From Octopus vulgaris (lineage: Eukaryota), in NCBI GenBank assembly GCA_951406725.2, contig OX597818.1, forward strand, positions 49,972,001 to 50,036,000: 64,000 nt of DNA, read 5' to 3'. The notes beneath the pieces are model-generated. The model was not told the origin of the DNA. It did not search any database and saw only the letters and a program-made list of their open reading frames with translations. A program made the position numbers and the translations under genes. Of this stretch, positions 27,046 to 40,549 are shown piece by piece (the stretch's first letter is position 1; every line of letters starts with the position of its first letter).

Positions 27046-27786
27046 ATTAAAGCTATCCATTATAATTTTAAAAACAAAAATTCTATATGCTGTACATGAG
27101 CTGAATAATGGAAAAAGTTAGCTAGGTAATGTTATAAATTATTGAAATTTTAAATCAATAGAATACATTAAGTTAGCATCTGCCACACATGAAAGCTATC
27201 TTCCCAGTTAATCTTCTGTTGATGTTGTTGCACCTCTTGTGTGTCCGTAGCTTACACTGGGTACATCTTATGGAGTTTCTACCTACACCTTTTCTACAGA
27301 TTGAGCAGTACATCTAATATCTATAAGTAACCAATATAGTGATTATTCAAAGATGGTAGTGATACTTTGAATGGGGTGATAGTTTACTGTAGTTCCACAT
27401 ACACTTTAAACTTCATTTTCAGTCAGCAGTAGGAAAAATTTACTAGCTACTAATTAGAAACAATTTGAGAGTTTTTAAATATAATGTACAGTCTATCTTG
27501 AACCACTGTTTTTTCTATATTGAAGTATATAGCAGTCCATGAGTTTTTGATGTATTCATCAATTACCAGGCAGTGATTATATATAGGTACTTATTGCAAT
27601 TCATTCCTGGTTAGTTGATATTGGTACATTACTACAATTGGCTAACGGTCATAAATTATTGGGTGGATACAGTCACTAAATCAATACCACTACTTGACTG
27701 ATACTGTTAACCTTGTTTTAAAGTCAAACAAATGTGTAAATAAAATATCACTGAAACACCATCCTAAGATCGATTTAGTCTATCAA

Positions 27787-28343
27787 AACTCTGCTTGCGA
27801 AGACCTGTTGAGGCAAGTGAAATCGAAATCAAAATCAAAGTGAAATTCGATGACGGGCATGAGCACAGTACGAGCGTGATCGTTGACAGAGTGGCACATA
27901 AAAGGCACCATTCGAGTGTGATCGTTGCCAGCCTCACCTTACTGGTACTTGTGCCCTGTTCTAGTAGGGTGCTAAGAGCACCATCCGAGCATGATCGTTG
28001 CCAGAGCAGCTAACTGGCTTCCGTACCCGTGGCACATAAAAGGGCACCATTTGAGTGGGATCGTTACCACCATCGCCTTACTGGCACCTGTGCCGTTGGC
28101 ATGTGTAAAAAAATTCGAACGAGGTCGTTGCCAGTACCACCTGACTGGCTCCCGTGCCGGTGGCATCTAAAAGCACCCACTACACTCTCGGAGTGGTTGG
28201 CATTAGGAAGGGCATCCAGCTGTAGAAACTCTGCCAGATCAAGATTGAAGCCTGGTGCAGCCATCTGGTTCGCCGGCCCACAGTCAAACCGTCCAACCCA
28301 TGCTAGCATGGAAAGCGGACGTTAAACGACGATGATGATGATG
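27787..28343 (+). mobile_element. Retroposon family with (GAT)n tail. Other copies: ~19545-19945(+), 20290-20460(-), 20740-20950(+), 23413-23690(-), 23812-24150(-), 24385-24840(-), 37735-38380(-)
   Basis: Shared 3' block AAAAGCACCCACTACACTC..AGGAAGGGCATCCAGCTGTAGAA..GTTAAACGATGATGAT. Confidence 0.8.
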
Positions 28344-28957
28344 AAGACCTTTAAATGTGTCACCTGCTTTTCTTCTCAGGCACATCATTTCTCTGTTGAG
28401 CTTTCTAGAAAATTCTTTCCTCAGTTTTCTTTATTTGTCCACTGCTCTAGCAATTCTATTAATCTTGATATGACTAAAGTTAATTAAGTAAAACTATCAC
28501 AATCGATATGTTACTCCCCTGTTCATTAAAATAAAATCTTCAAATCAACATGGAAATGAAAAAAAACCAAACTAAATATCTTCCATATCCATTATTCTTA
28601 TAATTAATATATGATTAGCATCAAATTGCTAAAGATGTTTATCAAATAAAGGAAAACTAAGATTAACGATTTCAAGATTAATTGTAATGGAAGAAAGAAA
28701 TCAAAACAAAGACAACCAGATTAAGTGTCTGAAAATGTTGTTCAGGACCCATGCCCACCCTGACTGAACAAACCTATGGACTTAGGACCTATCTGACTTT
28801 TATTCAGAGTATCTACATGGTGTATAATGGTTGAGAGAAACTTTGAAAATATCATTTTGAGTTAAATTTCTCTGTAGCTGTCCCCACTTCTCTCTCCAAA
28901 TAAAGTATAAAATTTAATATGGTATTTAAGGATATATTTAATAAACAGTTGCCATGA

Positions 28958-29136
28958 TAGATCTTTAGCCACTACACACATTTTTTTCTCTCCTTGTTTT
29001 TTCTGTGTCCCTTTCTGTAGAAGAGCGTAGGCTTGAAACGTAAAAGACTTTTTCTATTCCTGAGCGTTATGCTAATACATCTCTTTATTTTGTACACCAC
29101 CTGTCTTCGTCTTGTTTGTTTCGTAAACTCTCCCTA
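28958..29136 (+). mobile_element. PLE 3'-terminal relic with a degenerate minimal hammerhead, in Ly6 intron 3
   Basis: CTTT-CTGTAGA-A-GAGC GTAG GCTT-GAAA-CG-TA-AAAG at 29011-29046. Confidence 0.5.
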
Positions 29137-29405
29137 TTTAATAAACACATTTATAAATGTAGACAGGGCATTTTTAGATTGATTGTTAATTATCTTATAA
29201 TTAAGTTTGTAAATACATTGAAAATGAAAGTACACTTTTATGCTAGAGATACAGTTTTCACCCTCATTGTATCAGAATTATTAATTTGTTTTTGTAAATG
29301 TCTTTTTGTAAATTCTTTCAATAAATGTATTTTGCAATTTTCTTTTTTAAAAATCTGTAAATTCAAGAATTGATTTAAAAGCCTTTTTTCTCTTATTTCA
29401 TTTAG

Positions 29406-29563
29406 GTGTCGCTTGGGGTTGCCAGTGGGTTTGGGATGAAGCTGGTGTGTTCACAGAGACGTGTTATTGCGACCAGGATGGCTGTAATACAGCTCCATCC
29501 AGTGCAGTAATCAACTACATGTTATTAGTATTAGCAGTGATGTTTGTGATTTTTAACATTTAG
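29406..29563 (+). CDS. Ly6/uPAR protein, last coding exon (GVAWGCQWVWDEAGVFTETCYCDQDGCNTAPSSAVINYMLLVLAVMFVIFNI*)
   Basis: Acceptor cttatttcatttag; CxCxxDxCN Ly6 signature followed by small residues and a hydrophobic GPI-signal-like tail; TAG at 29561-29563. Total CDS 417 nt = 138 aa. Confidence 0.93.
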
Positions 29564-30169
29564 TTATCTATTGAATGAAGCTGTATCCTTCTTCAGTAGG
29601 GTGCTAACATATCCTTCCAAAACATATCCATAAAGTCACCAGAAATTGATTGTATTTTCATATATTCCATGAAGATTTTTTTATACAGTTCCCATGATGG
29701 GATTATATTTTCATAATTCCTTATCCATACTTGCATTTTATTTTCAATTTTATAAAATTTATAATTTTATTTTTTTCACATGTATTAAATATCATACGTT
29801 AGATTGTTGTGTAAATATATTGTAGCATAAAACATATACTATTTTGTAACTATTCAGATACAGTATGCTTTATTTGTAGCAGTTGCATTTTTTAAAGATT
29901 TTAATATGGTTTAATATAAGGCGGCAAGCTGGGAGAATCGTTATCGTCGAGCAAACTGCTTAGCAGTATTTTGTCTGTCTTTACATTCCGAGTTAAAATT
30001 CCACCAAGGTTGACTTAGCCTTTTATCTTTTTTGGGGTTGATAAAATAAGTACCAGTTGCACACTGGGGTTGATGTAATTGACTTACCCCACCCCTAGAA
30101 ATCACTGGCCTTGTGCAAAGATTTTAAACCAATATTAAAATTTAATATGCTGCTTTCAAAACCTAAAAT

Positions 30170-30219
<50 letters not shown>

Positions 30220-30467
30220 GGTAAAAATGGTAAGATAGCAAAAGAAAGAGAGAGACCTTAATATTATGTAAATAGAGGAAATTTATCTGTAAATGTAATA
30301 TGTGACAATTATTCAGTAGCCAAGATAAAACTCTGAGTTTTGGATGCCGAGGTGGAAATCCACACCACCATCTCTTCGGTTATCTGGCTGGTGGTGTGGA
30401 TTTCACCTCGGAATCCAAAACTCAGAGTTTTATCTTGGCTACTGAATAATGTCACATATTATTTTAC

Positions 30468-30718
<251 letters not shown>

Positions 30719-32696
30719 TGAGTGTGCATTAAGCATTAATTGTATTGCTTTACAAATTAGGTCTCTCAAAAAGTAAATTGACAAGCTTCTGTGACATTAT
30801 TTAGGTTGTTGTGACCCATTCTTATTATTGCTGCCAAAACAAAAAACAAAAGTCTTTTTTATGTACTCTTAGATATCCATATACAACTGATTCTTCATTA
30901 AAACATCTCCTCTAGGTATGGTTGTGAAGTTAAGGTGACTGACCGGTGGCCATATGGTTATGAATTAAAATCTTTATGCTTTCTTCTATTGTAGAGCACA
31001 CAGCTCTTGTCCCAGTCTGTATGGCTTACTACAGGTTCTATACTCATTTCGTAGTTTCCATGTCTTTACAATAAATTTCACAAACTTGAATGAATTATTT
31101 TGCTGTGGAATATGTCTAGTGTTTTGAGCAGAATCCTTCACCAGAGAATTTGCCATGAGGTGGAGGAGAACTCATTTGTTTTAGGCATAACCCTTCTGCC
31201 CAATATGACAAAATAGTTTGCTTCCCTCTGTAAACATTTTATATTTGATAGTTTCTGGTGTAGACTATCTCTAGTTTTCTTTGATTCTTCTCGTTCACAA
31301 AGATACGTAGAGGTTGTGATAATATTTTATATGGCTAGTATTTTTTTTAATTGTTAACATCTTTTGATTAAAAATTTTTATTGCTCATTCTCTTTTCGTC
31401 ATCTCTCTCTTTCTCTGTCTCTCTTACACTATTGGTAGAGCTATGACTAAGTTTCCTAACAATGAATAAAATACTTCTTGCCATTGTTTGTTTTTTTCCA
31501 TATATCAAGACAGTTTATTATTGCACTTGTCACAATGTTTCTAGTTTAAAGAAGACATGTTCCTTTTTCATTTTATAAAGACTTACCTTAGCTTTTAGCA
31601 TTAGATTCTTCTGCACTGCTCAGCACATGGGGCAGTAATCTTTCTCCACTGGGTTCAGTCAGCTGTTATTCTTGCACATCCCTTCTTACCAAATGAAAGC
31701 TATTCAGTGATACACTTATTTCATTTTCTTTAATTAATATCCACCTAAAGTAGTATGTAACCTGCTTTCTATGAAAATCTTATACAAACTTTGAGCAAAA
31801 GTAAAATGTAAATATCTTTGATATAAATAAGGTTAAGCAGCAGTGTTATAACTAAAACACTATTCTAGCCATTCAGTCAATAATATACAGATATTTAATA
31901 TAAATATAGTCTGATTTATAAAGTATTTCATATTTTCTTTCTAATGAAAAGTACTGCTTGATTTTTTTCCCCCTTCTACCCTGTTAGTGCTCTAGAATGC
32001 TTTTTACATGTTCATTTTTGACTGATACTTGCCAACACTTAACACTATATCCTCTTTAATGTCAAAATATTATTTTCAGTGCATCATTACTTATTATTAA
32101 AAAAAAAATTTTTTACATATAGCTATTTGTAAATTAAGGAAAAACTCAGCTGTGCTTGCTTGAGTGAGATAATTTTTGAAAACTTGGATGGATTTATATT
32201 GTATATAAGATAAAAATTAGAAATATATTTTGAAGCTACAGTGTTTCATTTTGGTCTAACACTGAAAGTTAATTGCAATGCTGAATCTCTTGTATATTTT
32301 AGAGATCTTATTATCTTTAACTGATGACTCCACAATTAATTTCTGTACAGTTATTGATATTTTCTTGTTAATTGCCAGTTTTTGTTTCCATTTTCTTTTT
32401 TTTTTTTTTCTTACTTATTTTTGGCAGTTTTCTATCTATACATCAACTCTACTGGTTCAAACTTTAAACAAACACGGCTTTAAAAAAAAAAATTATTACT
32501 TTTCTGCTCCGCCATCAAGCTATTAGATTTTGAATTCGAGTCAATGTGTGGGCCTCTTTACGGTATTTTGACCTACTAGAAATAACAGCCAAATTATCTC
32601 CAATTGCAAACCACCATCTTAAAAATGACAAACAAAACAAAAAAGGAAAGGACATAATGAATGATGTTGTCATCTATCTATCTATCTATCCGTCTG

Positions 32697-32756
<60 letters not shown>

Positions 32757-33931
32757 CCTACCTACCTACCTACCTTCCTTCCTTCCTTCCTTCCTTCTTT
32801 TCTTATCTATCCTCCCATCTGACAGCCTAAATAAATAAATAACTTCAGTAGGATGGCTTTGGCTAGAACATCCTTGACCACGGGCTATCATCTAGTATAA
32901 TAGATTTAGGACTAGAGTTTTATTTATGAGTTAAAACATTAAATTTATTAAGTCAGAGACGAAGGACGAAGTTGTTCTGAATTGCGCTGTGAAACTGAAA
33001 GTGAAAATACGAATTGCCATTGAGTTTGTTTCTAAGTCAATTGTTTATCTATATGCAATTTCAGGGTTTATCATACCAGGTTATCAATTGCTACCATAAA
33101 AAAAAGAAAAAAAAGTAGAGTTTACGGCTGTAATTAGCAGAAGCCCTGTAAACTCGACAAGTGTTTGAAAATGTTGCATGGTAACTGAAGAAAGCTGCAG
33201 AAAAAACATTCCACGATAAACTTCGCTTGATGTTATGCTTTCATTTGTGCTTCAGACCAATGAATTATATTGGATAAAAGACTTTAACATCTTAAATATT
33301 AGAGACAGCGGAAGCATTGTCTATATCAACAGGCAATGTTATAATTCAACTTGACTTGATATGAAGATTACCTTCTAATAAAATACAAGGGCCGCAACTC
33401 AGCTGAAAAAATATTACTCGATTATTTCCCTTTAAATGGAAAACGAGTATTGGAGAAATAAACTCTCTCACTTTAGTTACGTCTATTTTTGTCTCCATAG
33501 AAAGGGTTTATTTAATCTTTTAGACAGAGTACACTATATTATATTATTTAGTACTGTTTTCTATGCTTCTTTGTTCTGAATTCAAATCCTGCCAGAGTCA
33601 GCCTTGTCTGTCATAAATCAATATGATTAACCTCCCTCCCTTATAAATTTTGTGGCTTTCTGCCAAAAATGTAGAATTTGATATTTTCATTGTAAATATT
33701 TTATACGGAATGTTTCCAGATTTTTTTTTATCTATTTCAATATCAACTTATATATCTTATATACATATGTATTTTATTAAAAAAAGTCGTGTATATGCAC
33801 ATACATACAAGCAGACACATTCAAATATTAGGGTTTGTAAACTTAATTCTTTTCTTGGGATTCTAGTTTCATGTCACTGCGATCCTTCTGAAAGATTGCA
33901 GTGACATAAACTTCAGTCTCAAGAAAAAAAT

Positions 33932-33962
<31 letters not shown>

Positions 33963-34794
33963 TGGAGAAATGGCGCTAAGCAGTGTTTGCGTATAATCAC
34001 AATTTAGGTTAGTTGAAATGATTGTCACATATTTCAACTAACCTAAATTGTGAATATATATATATATATGTATATATTTGAAATTCATTTAGGTAATGTT
34101 AGGGTTATGCAAATAAAGCTCCTATTTCATTATGCCAGCTACTGTTTAATGATAATGACTAGATGTCAAAATCATCTGATCTGTGGGAATGTATGTAGCT
34201 ATGTATTAAATATTTGTAAATTTCATCCTGGTATTATTATAATGTATATATATATATATATATAATGTGTGTGTGTGTGCATGTATGTGTATATATATAT
34301 GTGTGCATGTATGTGTATATATATATATATATGTGCATGTATATATATATATATATATATATGTGCATGTATATGTATATATATATATATATTTACTTGA
34401 TTTTGCTTAGTCACAGAGTTGTTAGAACTCAATATACTTTACAGTGTTTGTAAGGCTTGGCAGTGAGAAGGTGTGAATTATTAGAGATTCTCCTTTCCAG
34501 ACTCTTATATAAACCTGAAAGTCAGTACAAAGCATAATATCAAGTAATAAATGAATGACAAAATAACATGACTGTTTTCATTAGCTTACAGGTTTTTTTA
34601 CTACTATAAGGAACTCTGCACCTAAAGCCGAGTGTCAGTATAACATAATTTCCTCAGAGCTATTTGATTGCATATCTCCAGTTCTTTTGTCATTCATTTA
34701 TTAATTAATAATATATATGTACTTATATATATATATAGTTCAGTAAAAATTTAGATTCAGTTGAATATGGTACTTAACTAAATTCTATATTTTT

Positions 34795-34884
34795 ATGCAG
34801 CTGAAGATTGCTCTACATTTTAAAACTGATGCAATATTTGCATTGTTCAATTAAATGGAGTTGCATGAAACGATCGTACTGCAT
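34795..34884 (+). ncRNA. Type I hammerhead ribozyme motif (PLE terminal relic)
   Basis: ATGCAG-CTGAAGA-[long stem II]-GAAA-CGATCG-TA-CTGCAT: perfect 6-bp stem I, intact core, palindromic stem III, GUA cleavage triplet. Confidence 0.8.
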
Positions 34885-36334
34885 TACCTCTGGATATCCT
34901 TGTTGCTTATTTTGATTATATATATATGTATTAATATATATAATAAGCACACACGCACATCTACTTTATATCATAACCAGAGTTTCTATTCAACTAGCTG
35001 CAGTTTATTAAAACTATTTCATGACATATTGAAATATATTGTACAGGTCATACCATATTTTCTCTTTTCTATTTCCTATACCAGATAATTATTCTGTGTG
35101 TGTGTGTGTGTGTGCTGATTGTTATCAAACTGCTACTGGAGTTTAGATGAAAAATTGTTATATATCTTTACCCAGTATTTGTTAAATTTGATTGTTATAT
35201 ACATTAATGACAACTAATTTGTCTTTCAAGAGGTTGTGCTATGATATTCATATTGCCCTATTTTTTATGCTTTTGTGTATTTTAGTAACTGTACCGACTC
35301 AGTGTCTTGTCACACTAGAAACAGTTACTGAACGAATGCTTTACTATTCAGTGCATTGGGATCCATTCTGAAAAGAATATCAGAGTTGAATATTATTTCC
35401 TATAAAAGCAACTGACATAAATATATCCTTAAAATTTCTTCTTTATAGTCTAATGAAAGTTTCTTTGATTATATTCTTCCTGTTTCTTTGATGTGTTTTT
35501 TTGGGTAAACTTTAGATAATTTCCAACTAAAATTCTGTGATCAATTTTTCACCTTTAGTAATAGAATTTTGGCTGTTATGCGAATTTTACTTTTCATTAA
35601 TGATACAAAATTGTTTGGCATCATAGAATGCCAAACAATCTTGGTTATTTCATTAATACATGTAAAGTTAAACAGTCAAAGTATTTGTATTCTTTAAAAT
35701 GTCAAGACATGAGCTTTCGTTTATTATGTTCTGATGTTTTGTAGGCATTTCAATAAATAGTTTGATTAGCCCTGTTTTTAACGATGCATTTCTTTCTTAA
35801 GTTTTGAAAATATTTTCCAAATTTATATATATAGACTTGCATCATTTATATACAATAAAGTAGAAAAATTGTTTTTGTTGTTTTTCATTACATGTATTGT
35901 ATCTCTTCTTCACACACACACACACACACATATTCTTTTACTCTTTTACTTGTTTCAGTCATGTGACTGTGGCCATGCTGGAGCACCGCCTTTAGTTGAG
36001 CAAACTGACCCCAGGACTTATTCTTTGTAAGTACTTATTCAAGTACTTATTCTATCGGTCTCTTTTGCCGAACTGCTAAGTTACGGGGACATAAACACAC
36101 CAGCATCGGTTGTCAAGTGCAATTGGGGGGACAAACACAGATACACAAACATATACACACACATACATACATATACATATACATACATATATACGATGGG
36201 CTTCTTTCAGTTTCCGTCTACCAAATCCACTCAAAAGGCTTTGGTCGACCCGAGGCTAAGTAGAAGACATTTGCCCAAGGTGCCACACAGTCAGACTGAA
36301 CCCGGACCCATGTGGTTCGTAAGCAAGCTAATTA

Positions 36335-36384
<50 letters not shown>

Positions 36385-37026
36385 ACATGTAAATTTGTTT
36401 GAATTATTATCAAAAGGAACTTTAAAATTCAATTTTTATAACTGCTCTTATAAAATGTTATTAACATGTTCAGCGACATTCCACAGATTTTATTTTTTAA
36501 ATATCTGATTAACTAGGATTAGCTGTAACAACAGTATGTGGATTAATATTGTTGCTTGTTGTTTCTCTTCTTCTATCTCTTATTTTGTAAATTAATAAAT
36601 AACGATATTCTTGTATGAAAAAATTTGACCTTCACCGTTCATTAAACACTTCTGATATGGTTCTGATTTCAGTTATTTTTGTAGCTGGCAACAATTTAGG
36701 TTTAATTATCATGTTTGTTATCTTAAGTTAAAATAACAACTGTAAATAAATATGAAAATATAATTTTTAAATAATTAGCCGAATGTAAAATTTGTATTGT
36801 ATATTCTCTTCTCATTTTATAACCAATATGAAATATATTTCAAGTGCCTTCTATGAAATCATGTAAGCTCCTGGCTTCATACTTTGAGCCACCATGTATC
36901 AAGACATATCAATGTATTATAGAAACATCTTTTATTTTATCTTGTTTTGTATTTAACATTTTTTCCTTCAATAAATTCTACGATAAATGAATTATGTCTT
37001 TGAATTATTTTTTCTTCTAAATTGTT

Positions 37027-37657
37027 TTAACCCTTTAGCTTTCAGATTATTCAGCCAATTTCACATTGTTTTGTATTAATCATACGTTATCTCATAGCTT
37101 CAAAATTTTGATGATATGATTCTCTTTCTCTTTCTCTTTTTACTTGTTCCAGTCATTTTTTACTGCGGCCATGCTGGAGCACCGCCTTTAATCAAGCAAC
37201 TCGACCCCGGGACTTATTCTTTGTAAGCCCAGTACTTATTCTATCGGTCTCTTTTGCCGAACCGCTAAGTGACGGGGACATAAACACACCAGCATCGGTT
37301 GTCAAGCAATGCTAGGGGGACAAACACAGGTACACAAACATATACACACACACATACATATATATACATATATATGACAGGCTTCTTTCAGTTTCCGTCT
37401 ACCAAATCCACTCACAAGGCTTTGGTCGGCCCGAGGCTATAGTAGAAGACACTTGCCCAAGGTGTCATGCAGTGGGACTGAACCCGGAACCATGTGGTTG
37501 GTAAACAAGCTACTTACCACACAGCCACTCCTGCACCTTGTATATTTTTAGAATAAAGCTGTAGGATAAAAACGAGAGGCCATATCTGGCTGTGGCTGGT
37601 CTGGGCATAAAATAGCTTTGGGCCAGATATGGCTGGCTTAAAAGCTAAAGGGTTAAA
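37027..37657. mobile_element. piggyBac-like MITE with nested SINE (37130-37537)
   Basis: TTAA-CCCTTTAGCTTT ... AAAGCTAAAGGG-TTAA. Confidence 0.7.
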
Positions 37658-38592
37658 CAGTTTTTATGCTCTGATTTGCTTTGTACAGTAATCCATCGAC
37701 TAGGTGAAAATCCGCTAAGTAGAAACTACTTGTTTAACGTCCGCTGTCCATGCTGGCATGGGTTGGATGGTTTGACTGAGGACTGGCAAACCAGATGGCT
37801 GTACCAGGCTTCAATCTGACCTGGCAGAGTTTCTACAGCTGGATGCCCTTCCTAACATACATATATGTAATATGTATATATATATATATAGTATATGTGT
37901 ATATATATATATTGCCATCATCATCGTTTAATGTCCGCTTTCCATGCATGGGTTGGATGATTTGACTGAGGACTGGCGAACCGGATGGCTGCACCAGACT
38001 CCAATCTGATCTGGCAGAGTTTCTACAGCTGGATGCTCTTCCTAACACCAACCTCTCCGAGAGTATAGTGGGTGCTTTTACATGCCACCGGTACAATAGC
38101 CAGTCAGGTGGTACTGGCAACGGCCATGCTGAAATGGTGTTTTTAATGTGCCACCTGCACAGGAGTCAGTCCAACGGCACTGGCAATGACCTCGCTCAAA
38201 TGTTTTTTCACATGCCAGTAAGGCAACGCTGGTAACGATCACAGTCGAATGGTGCCTCTTATGTGCCACCAGCACAGAAGCCAGTTAGCTGCTCTGGCAA
38301 CGATCATGCTTGGATGGTGCTCTTAGCGCTCCACTAGCACAGATGCCAGTCATCGAATTTGAATTTGATTTCACTTGCCTAAAAAATTTTTATGATTTGT
38401 ATATATTTATTTTATTATGAATGCAAAACAACACCATAGAGGAATCAATGTAAGGTTAAATAATGAACCGCAATATGGCAAGGGATTACTGTATTAACCT
38501 TTTTCTTATTTTGTTTTCTGATCCTAATTTGCAATCAGAAAATAAATTTACAGGCCTTACTCTGGTATTATTAGTAAGCCATATATGGGGCT

Positions 38593-38970
38593 GTGGAGGC
38601 GCAATGGCCCAGTGGTTAGGGCAGCGGACTCGCGGTCATAGGATCGCGGTTTCGATTCCCAGACCGGGCGTTGTGAGTGTTTATTGAGCGAAAACACCTA
38701 AAGCTCCACGAGGCTCCGGCAGGGGATGGTGGTGATCCCTGCTGTACTCTTTCACCACAACTTTCTCTTACTTCCTGTTTCTGTTGTACCTGTATTTCAA
38801 AGGGCCGGCCTTGTCATTCTGTGTCACGCTGAATATCCCCGAGAACTACGTTAAGGGTACACGTGTCTGTGGAGTGCTCAGCCACTTACACGTTAATTTC
38901 ACGAGCAGGCTGTTCCGTTGATTCGGATCAACCGGAACCCTTGTCGTCGTCGTAACTGACGGAGTGCTTC
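38593..38970 (+). mobile_element. tRNA-derived SINE with 16-bp TSD
   Basis: CCATATATGGGGCTGT on both sides; near-identical to 3786-4170. Confidence 0.9.
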
Positions 38971-39099
38971 CATATATGGGGCTGTATAGTAAATTACCAA
39001 TAGTTCTGTATCTCTCAAACCCCTGATCAATGTGTTTTTTAGAATGCTTGAAATGTATCTTTTCATGTCTCTTTAATCCTTTTGTTGCTATATTCCTGT

Positions 39100-39960
39100 T
39101 GAAATTATTTACTTCTTGTGAGCCATCTGAACATCTAAGAGATTCAATTTCTGGTGTATAAGCTGTTCCAGTGCATCTACTGCATATGAAGCTTACATTC
39201 TTGAATAGTCCATCAGTGTGTCAACTGTGTGTCCATAGCTTACATTAAGTACAGCACATGAAGATTATTCTATTTCTTTACCTGCATGTCAAGCAAATCC
39301 ATTTCCCAGCAGGAACCAGGGTCCTCTCTTTCTTACTTACTAAAACTTTCATCTTTGCTAAGTTTACCTTATATAAATAAAATATAAATGCGCCCTTTTT
39401 AAAGTCTAGCCAGGCTCATGGGCCAGTTTCCCGGTTTCAATGGCGTATGTGTTCCTCAGCTGGACGGGACGCCAGTCCATCACAGCATTACTCATTTTTG
39501 CCAGCTGAGTGGACTGGGGCAACATGAAATGAAGTGTTTTGCTCAAGAACACAATGTGTCCCCCAGTTCAGGAATTGAAACCACAATCTTATGATCATGA
39601 TGCTGACACCCTAACCACTAAGCCACGTGCCTCCACAAGTTTACTTTAAGGCCTCTTAATTCCAAGTTTAGCTTCCATGCCTGGAATTTCTTCTCTAATT
39701 TGCCTAAGGATTCAGCTATGAGAACTAGCTCTTCAGCATATAGGAGTCCCCATGGATTGCCAGTCTTAAACCATTTTGTTGGCATTTGGGACTATGATGA
39801 ATAGGAGCGGTCTGAATCTTGATGGATTCTTACTTTCCTGCTAAATTCATCTCTGAACTGATTACTAACTCTCACTTTGCTTGCTGCAACCTTGTATATA
39901 ACTTGAACTACCTGCAGAAGTCAGTCATCTACTCTTAATTTCCTCTGTGCCCTGTCTCTC
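39100..39960 (-). mobile_element. Old RTE LINE fragment interrupted by a SINE (39390-39636)
   Basis: PWGLLYAEELVLIAES..WKLNLELRGLKVNL (degenerate YADD region); AAGTTTAC duplicated around the SINE. Confidence 0.7.
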
Positions 39961-40280
39961 TTTACACTCAATCCAGAACTGTTCTAGAGTTGAACTGCAT
40001 GTCTGACGAACGGTGACCACACTTGCTCACACTCTAGAACGCACCTAAAATACCGTAGCCTCAGTGCATATCAGCACATCATTATCCACAGCCTACACAG
40101 TCCTCTACACAGCAGATGCTGGCAGCAAATGTACTGTCAGTCCATCTCCCTCCACAGAAAGTAGAAGCATAAGAGGCCCAGTCTGGTTAACCATGAAGCC
40201 AGAGTAAGGTGCGACAGTCAGGTGGTAGTAGATGACAGATGCGATGTAGGTTTTCACCGCCTCCGCCGGACCATTCATGA

Positions 40281-40452
40281 ACATTTCTGGGCGTGACTAG
40301 CTACCTCCGGCCAACCCTTTAAGGATAATTTCTGGGCGTGACTAGCTACCTCCGGCCAACCCTTTAAGGATAATTTCTGGGCGTGACTAGCTACCTCCGA
40401 CCAACCCATTAAGGACAATTTCCTCTCAGTCCATTTCTGGGTGAGACTAGCC
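40281..40452. repeat. 46-bp minisatellite, ~3 copies plus a degenerate partial copy
   Basis: ATTTCTGGGCGTGACTAGCTACCTCCGGCCAACCCTTTAAGGATA repeated head-to-tail. Confidence 0.85.
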
Positions 40453-40549
40453 ATCTTGCTCGCTTTCTCTTATCAGTTCTTGTCTACCTGGAAGTCTGGA
40501 CTAAACAAAACCAAACCCTGAGCAATTTAACCACTTTATCCGTCCATTG

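Noticed and set aside
40281-40452. CRISPR-like array (also considered for the 43-kb repeat)
   Set aside because: Head-to-tail repeats without unique spacers, no cas genes, eukaryotic context
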